Below, in pieces: positions 27,700 through 32,000 of a DNA stretch of 32,000 nucleotides (its first letter is position 1; every line of letters begins with the position of its first letter). A program made the translations under genes and the position numbers. Location: assembly GCF_000175255.2 (NCBI RefSeq), contig NC_017262.1, forward strand, positions 1,980,001 through 2,012,000, given 5' to 3'. Source of the stretch: Zymomonas mobilis subsp. mobilis ATCC 10988 (GTDB taxonomy: Bacteria; Pseudomonadota; Alphaproteobacteria; Sphingomonadales; Sphingomonadaceae). Under the pieces are notes generated by a model that was not told the origin of the DNA, made no database searches, and was given only the letters and a program-made list of their open reading frames with translations.

Positions 27700-27726
27700 C
27701 AGGCTGCCTTTTTAAAAGACAGCCTG
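27700..27726 (-). terminator. Likely terminator of the 27762-28274 gene
   Basis: On the minus strand: CAGGCTG ... CAGCCTG followed by TTTT. Confidence 0.65.
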
Positions 27727-27761
27727 CTGTTCGTTGCCGATTTTTCGTAAAATTTTAATGG

Positions 27762-28274
27762 CTATGCCATGTTATGAACATAGCGGGATGTTTCCGCATT
27801 TTTCATCAAAAGATTGTAGATCCACGGCGATCCATTGCCACTTTCATGGGTTTCAGCCAGATGATGGCAAGCCAAATAGGTCATTGCCGGATTTAACCGA
27901 CGCGGTTCCCAAGCCATAAAATCACTAATTTGTGATGGATCAGTCGGAAAATTTTTCTCACTGACCATCGCTTTCGCCAAGGTCAAAGCGTCATCAGCTG
28001 GCCGCCATGCCATCCAAAAGCTGTCAAAAACGGCGTATAATTTGGCATGGGGGGCAATGGAATGACCATCATCCTGAAATAACACCATTTCAGAGCCTAA
28101 ATCATCAATACCGTCTTTGACATCTTCTTTTGATAATCCGGTGCGTTTAACCAATTCATCCATGGAAATGGGCTGATCGAATTCGCCCCCATGATAGCTG
28201 GTTTGAACAAAAACTTGAGCCACAGCCTTACAATTCGCGGAATAGGCAGAGGCTTCTGATGTCTGGTTAACCAT
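27762..28274 (-). CDS. Hypothetical protein
   Basis: 170 aa ORF with a winged-helix-like segment ISMDELVKRTGLSKEDVKDGIDDLGSEMVLF. It has its own candidate terminator. Confidence 0.7.
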   Translation of the reverse strand: MVNQTSEASAYSANCKAVAQVFVQTSYHGGEFDQPISMDELVKRTGLSKEDVKDGIDDLGSEMVLFQDDGHSIAPHAKLYAVFDSFWMAWRPADDALTLAKAMVSEKNFPTDPSQISDFMAWEPRRLNPAMTYLACHHLAETHESGNGSPWIYNLLMKNAETSRYVHNMA

Positions 28275-28717
28275 AATCCAGATCCTTTCAGGGACAGATA
28301 ATGATGAAAATGGTTATCCTGATTTTAAAATATTCAAATAATTTCAGATACAAAAGTTCTTCACAAAGATACGAAATTATCTTTTAAAAAAGACCAAACC
28401 ATTTCAACATCTACTATGGGGTTAAACGCATGACATGAAATTTAGATCATTTTTTCTCGTTATATATCTATTTTTTCGCACGATTGGGCGCAGACTATTA
28501 TCTTGTTATTTAGAAACCCATAATCAGAATTTTTGTTCGCCAAAAACTAGCTATCCCCGTGTAATCAAAAACAAAATCTAACCGCTCTTCATTTTTCTTT
28601 GGTCTGTCCCCATGCCTTGAAAATGGATTTTGTTTCGTTTCCTTACATTCCAGCCACTTGGCTCAAAATCTTGTCCCTTTTGTTGTTATAGGAAGAACAA
28701 CCAAGGATATAATCATC

Positions 28718-29563
28718 ATGGGACATATTCTGATTACGGGTGCCGGTAGCGGTTTTGGGAAAGAAATTGCTTTCCGTCTGGCAGAACAAGGACATGACGT
28801 TATTGCTGCGGTCGAAATCCAGCCCCAGATATTTGCCTTGCAGCAAGAAGCGCAAAAACGCGGCCTCTCTTTATCAATAGAAAAACTGGACATCACCGAT
28901 CCGGCTGATCGTGCCAAAGCATGGCAATGGGACGTTGATATTTTACTGAATAATGCTGGCATTTCCGAAGGCGGTTCGGTTACCGATATTCCGGCAGAAA
29001 ATCTTCGGAAACAATTTGAAGTCAATGTGATAGGTACAATCTTGCTTACGCAAGGCTTCGCTCGCGAGATGGTCAAAAATAAAAAAGGCCGAATTGTTTT
29101 TATGTCCTCGGTCGCGGGTCTTACCGTTGACCCTTTTACGGGAGCCTATTCGGCTTCCAAACATGCGATAGAAGCCTTTGCGATCGCCTTGGATAAAGAA
29201 TTGAAATATTTTGGCATCCAAATTGCAACTATTAACCCGGGGCCTTTCCTAACGGGTTTCAATGACCGGATGTTTGAAACATGGAAAAGCTGGCGCGACA
29301 CCCCTGAAGATAGGGTTTTTGACTATAGCCAACTTGCTTTCCCGCATGAACAATTCGACCCAGAAGAGGTTATCACAACAACGCTTTCTGTTCTGACGGG
29401 AAAAACCAAGCATTATCGCAATCTGGTGCCTGCCCAAATGGAAAAGGATACTGAAAAACAGATCAATCATGTCTGGGATAAATTGCAAAATAATCCAGAA
29501 GGGGGCGCGAAAGATCCTCTGGTGCAGAAAGCCTATCAAATAAGGCCCGGAACGCCTGCCTAA
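28718..29563 (+). CDS. SDR-family oxidoreductase
   Basis: ILITGAGSGFGKEIAFRLAEQGHDV, NNAGIS, SSVAGLTVDPFTGAYSASKHAIEAFA (TGxxxGxG, NNAG, YxxxK). Start at 28718 after CCAAGGAT. Confidence 0.92.
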   Translation: MGHILITGAGSGFGKEIAFRLAEQGHDVIAAVEIQPQIFALQQEAQKRGLSLSIEKLDITDPADRAKAWQWDVDILLNNAGISEGGSVTDIPAENLRKQFEVNVIGTILLTQGFAREMVKNKKGRIVFMSSVAGLTVDPFTGAYSASKHAIEAFAIALDKELKYFGIQIATINPGPFLTGFNDRMFETWKSWRDTPEDRVFDYSQLAFPHEQFDPEEVITTTLSVLTGKTKHYRNLVPAQMEKDTEKQINHVWDKLQNNPEGGAKDPLVQKAYQIRPGTPA

Positions 29564-29663
29564 GACGGTAATTTACTGCAATTTGGTTTAAAATTAAGAA
29601 ACAGTATGAAGCAATACGGACATATTTCCATTTTACAAAAATAACAGTTTTTTATAATATCGA

Positions 29664-29753
29664 ACTACAAAAGATATCCCCCTTTTGTAAGCAGATAGTT
29701 GTAGCTTTCTCAATTCTCTTAATTCGGCCCTGCTTTTGCAGGGTCTTTTTTTT
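29664..29753 (+). ncRNA. Candidate small RNA
   Basis: TATAAT at 29653-29658, 5' hairpin TACAAAAG (29666-29673) / CTTTTGTA (29682-29689), single-stranded pyrimidine-rich linker, terminator GGCCCTGC-TTTT-GCAGGGTC and T8 (29726-29753). Confidence 0.45.
29726..29753 (+). terminator. Canonical Rho-independent terminator
   Basis: 8-bp stem GGCCCTGC/GCAGGGTC (one G-U), UUUU loop, T8 tract. Confidence 0.92.
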
Positions 29754-29836
29754 GCTCTCAACACAAAGCAAGTCTAGCCGATGCCGCTATAGATAGCCGC
29801 AGTTGCATGATAAATTTTAAGGAAATAAAATAGGAC

Positions 29837-29912
29837 TGGTGGGCGATGACAGGCTCGAACTGCCGACATCCTCCGTGTAAAGGAGGCGCTCTACCAACTG
29901 AGCTAATCGCCC
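29837..29912 (-). tRNA. tRNA-Val (anticodon TAC)
   Basis: Minus strand GGGCGATTAGCTCAGTTGGTAGAGCGCCTCCTTTACACGGAGGATGTCGGCAGTTCGAGCCTGTCATCGCCCACCA, a full cloverleaf with CCA. Confidence 0.97.
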
Positions 29913-30074
29913 TATCGTTTTGCCAGACCCCGATGCCAGACTATCGCGCTTGGTGCAAGAGAAATTATTAAAAATTATAGCTTTAGGGCTAAATTTATTC
30001 TTACCTGAATGAACGCCAAGGCGAAGAAAAGACATCGGACGCTCCCGCTGCCTAGGGCGGAAGATAGTCTGCAT

Positions 30075-30111
30075 AAAAAAGGCTGGCATCCTGTTTCTAT
30101 AATGCCAGCCT
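30075..30111 (-). terminator. Rho-independent terminator of the aguA-aguB unit
   Basis: On the minus strand: AGGCTGGCAT-tatagaaacagg-ATGCCAGCCTTTTTT. Confidence 0.88.
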
Positions 30112-30149
30112 CTTCCAATCAGATCAAAATAGAACGTCTAAATTTTAAT

Positions 30150-30998
30150 TTAGCGGTCTTCGCTAATCCGATGATATAATTCTGGTCGCCGATCACGGAA
30201 AAAGCCGAAAGCCGCGCGATGTTGTCTTATTTGCTCAATATCAAAATGAGCGACCAAAACGCCGCTTTCATCTTTGCCAAAGGCTTGCACTAAATCGCCA
30301 CGCTGATCGGCAATAAAGCTATGACCATAAAAAGATAGCGTAGCTTCCTGACCAATCCGGTTCGATGCGATGACAGGCACGACATTAGAAACGGCATGAC
30401 CAATCATAGCTCGCCGCCACAAACGGCTGGTATCCAGATCGGGATCATGGGGCTCATTTCCAATCGCTGTCGGGAAAAAGAGCAACTCAGCACCCATCAG
30501 CATCATGGCACGCGCCGTTTCAGGATACCATTGATCCCAACAGATACCGACACCTATCTTGATGCCGCCACAATCCCAGACTTTAAAACCGCTATTACCG
30601 GGGCGGAAATAGAATTTTTCTTCATAGCCGGGGCCATCGGGAATATGACTTTTCCGGTAAACGCCCATAACCTCGCCATCTGAATTGATCATGGCAAGGC
30701 TGTTATAATAATGGGGCGGATCGCTTTCAAAAAAGCTGGTTGGAATAGTCACTTTCAACCGCTTAGCTAGCTTTTGCATCGCTAAGACAACGGGATGTTT
30801 TTCCACTGGCTTGGCGCGTGCAAAACAGCTCTCGTCTTCGGTCGCACAGAAATAATGCCCTTCAAATAATTCGGGCGGTAAAATAATTTTGGCACCTTGC
30901 GCCGCCGCTTCTTCGACCAATACTGAAACACGATCAATATTGGTCTGGATATCATCCGTCAAAGCCAGCTGTAATGCCGCTACAGTGATTTCAGTCAT
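30150..30998 (-). CDS. aguB: N-carbamoylputrescine amidase (nitrilase superfamily)
   Basis: MTEITVAALQLALTDDIQTNI, PPELFEGHYFC, GVYRKSHIPDGPGYEEKFYFRPG, KIGVGICWDQWYPETARAMMLMGAELLFFPTAIG. Adjacent to aguA. Confidence 0.93.
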   Translation of the reverse strand: MTEITVAALQLALTDDIQTNIDRVSVLVEEAAAQGAKIILPPELFEGHYFCATEDESCFARAKPVEKHPVVLAMQKLAKRLKVTIPTSFFESDPPHYYNSLAMINSDGEVMGVYRKSHIPDGPGYEEKFYFRPGNSGFKVWDCGGIKIGVGICWDQWYPETARAMMLMGAELLFFPTAIGNEPHDPDLDTSRLWRRAMIGHAVSNVVPVIASNRIGQEATLSFYGHSFIADQRGDLVQAFGKDESGVLVAHFDIEQIRQHRAAFGFFRDRRPELYHRISEDR

Positions 30999-31009
30999 CA
31001 GTAATTCCT

Positions 31010-31990
31010 TCAGGCTGGCCATTGCTGGGAAATACAATGGAAGCTGCCACCCCCTGTCAAAATATGACCGGCTGGCAAGGCGACGACTTTCCGGCTTGGG
31101 AATAAGGCTTCCAAGGCTTGAACAATCGCGCTATCATTTTTGGCACCATAAACCGGAACAACAACGACCTTGTTCCCAATATAGAAATTCATATAGGAAG
31201 CCGGAACGACTTCATCATCAATCGTAATCCGTCCGGTTGAGGGGATGCGGGTTACTTTTACGCCAAACTCTGTCGCGATTTGAGCCGCTTGGTCATAGAC
31301 TTCCCGATTAGGATCATCCTGATCCGTCGCGATAGGGACGACCAAATGATTTTCACCGACAAAACGAGCAAGGTTATCGACATGCCCATCAGTATGGTCA
31401 TTATGCAGGCCTTTTCTCAGCCACAACACACGATCATAACCCAGATCATTCCGCAAATGACGGGCAATATCGCCCCGCGATAATTCAGGATTGCGGTTTG
31501 GATTTAACAGACATTCTTCGGTTGTAACGACCAATCCATGACCATCACCATCAATGGAACCGCCTTCCAAAACCCAATTTTTTTCTAAAACGGGCAGGGC
31601 TGTATCTTTGGCAAGATCACGTCCAATAGTCTGATCGCCATCAAGATTATATTTTCCGCCCCAACCATTGAAACGGAATAAAGCCAGCGCCTTTTTATCA
31701 CCCTCTTTGACGAAAAGCGGGGCGTTATCTCTCAACCAGATATCACCGAAAGGATGGCAGATAACCTCAATATCCGATCCCGCCATTTTTACAGCTTGAT
31801 CGGCTGCTTCTTTATGGGCGGCAACCAGATAAACTTTTTCCCCTTCGCCCTGCGCTGCAACAGCCTTGGCAAAAGCAACTACCTCGGCTTGTGCCGGTTC
31901 CAAATCTTCAAGCCAAAGAGAAGCATCACTAGGGAAACCGATCCAAACCGCATCATGCGGCATCCACTCGGCAGGCTGATGGTAAGGCAT
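31010..31990 (-). CDS. aguA: Agmatine deiminase
   Basis: MPYHQPAEWMPHDAVWIGFPSDASLW, DNAPLFV, WGGKYNLDGDQTIG, LEGGSIDGDGHGLVVTTEECLLNPNRNP, DGHVDN, GGGSFHCISQQWPA. Confidence 0.95.
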   Translation of the reverse strand: MPYHQPAEWMPHDAVWIGFPSDASLWLEDLEPAQAEVVAFAKAVAAQGEGEKVYLVAAHKEAADQAVKMAGSDIEVICHPFGDIWLRDNAPLFVKEGDKKALALFRFNGWGGKYNLDGDQTIGRDLAKDTALPVLEKNWVLEGGSIDGDGHGLVVTTEECLLNPNRNPELSRGDIARHLRNDLGYDRVLWLRKGLHNDHTDGHVDNLARFVGENHLVVPIATDQDDPNREVYDQAAQIATEFGVKVTRIPSTGRITIDDEVVPASYMNFYIGNKVVVVPVYGAKNDSAIVQALEALFPSRKVVALPAGHILTGGGSFHCISQQWPA

Positions 31991-32000
31991 AAGGGAACTC

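Noticed and set aside
29817-30089. 90-aa minus-strand ORF (...IGRLAQLVERLLYTEDVGSSSLSSPT...)
   Set aside because: It is a translation through the tRNA-Val gene; this is a well-known spurious peptide pattern.
1-32000. CRISPR array, retron, toxin-antitoxin, restriction or phage-defence system
   Set aside because: No regularly spaced repeats, reverse transcriptase, Cas, methylase or nuclease-effector genes. RNase III and exonuclease III are housekeeping enzymes here.

Overview
This 32 kb window is mostly ordinary chromosomal sequence from an alphaproteobacterium. Gene content and codon style suggest a sphingomonad/Zymomonas-like genome, which is an inference and not a database result. Supported coding content, left to right: 3' part of an M23 peptidase, ErpA, exonuclease III, a GNAT-like acyltransferase and a fatty-acid hydroxylase, a small lipoprotein, an exported protein plus N-formylglutamate amidohydrolase, LptG/LptF, a DUF2141-like protein plus a DAGK-family lipid kinase plus a possible Tam41-like nucleotidyltransferase, a DsbD-like protein, gamma-glutamyltransferase, CtrA, an XpaC/TelA-type pair, Era, then class-III aminotransferase / APH-type kinase / AraC regulator / ethanolamine-type permease / outer-membrane barrel, tRNA-Thr, RNase III, a hypothetical protein, an SDR oxidoreductase, tRNA-Val, and AguB/AguA. 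I see no CRISPR array, transposase, prophage or restriction/defence system. The best leads are: (1) a candidate phospho-lyase route for ethanolamine or a related amino alcohol (19.4-26.4 kb); (2) a lipid kinase next to a possible Tam41-like CDP-lipid synthase (9-11 kb); (3) a candidate GNAT acyltransferase plus hydroxylase lipid/sphingolipid pair (1.7-3.8 kb); (4) a compact candidate sRNA at about 29.66-29.75 kb; (5) a nested RNA structure after rnc (27.55-27.66 kb); and (6) a Shine-Dalgarno-sequestering GAGA-tetraloop hairpin in the rnc leader. All family names come from reading the protein sequences, and all structures come from manual base pairing.
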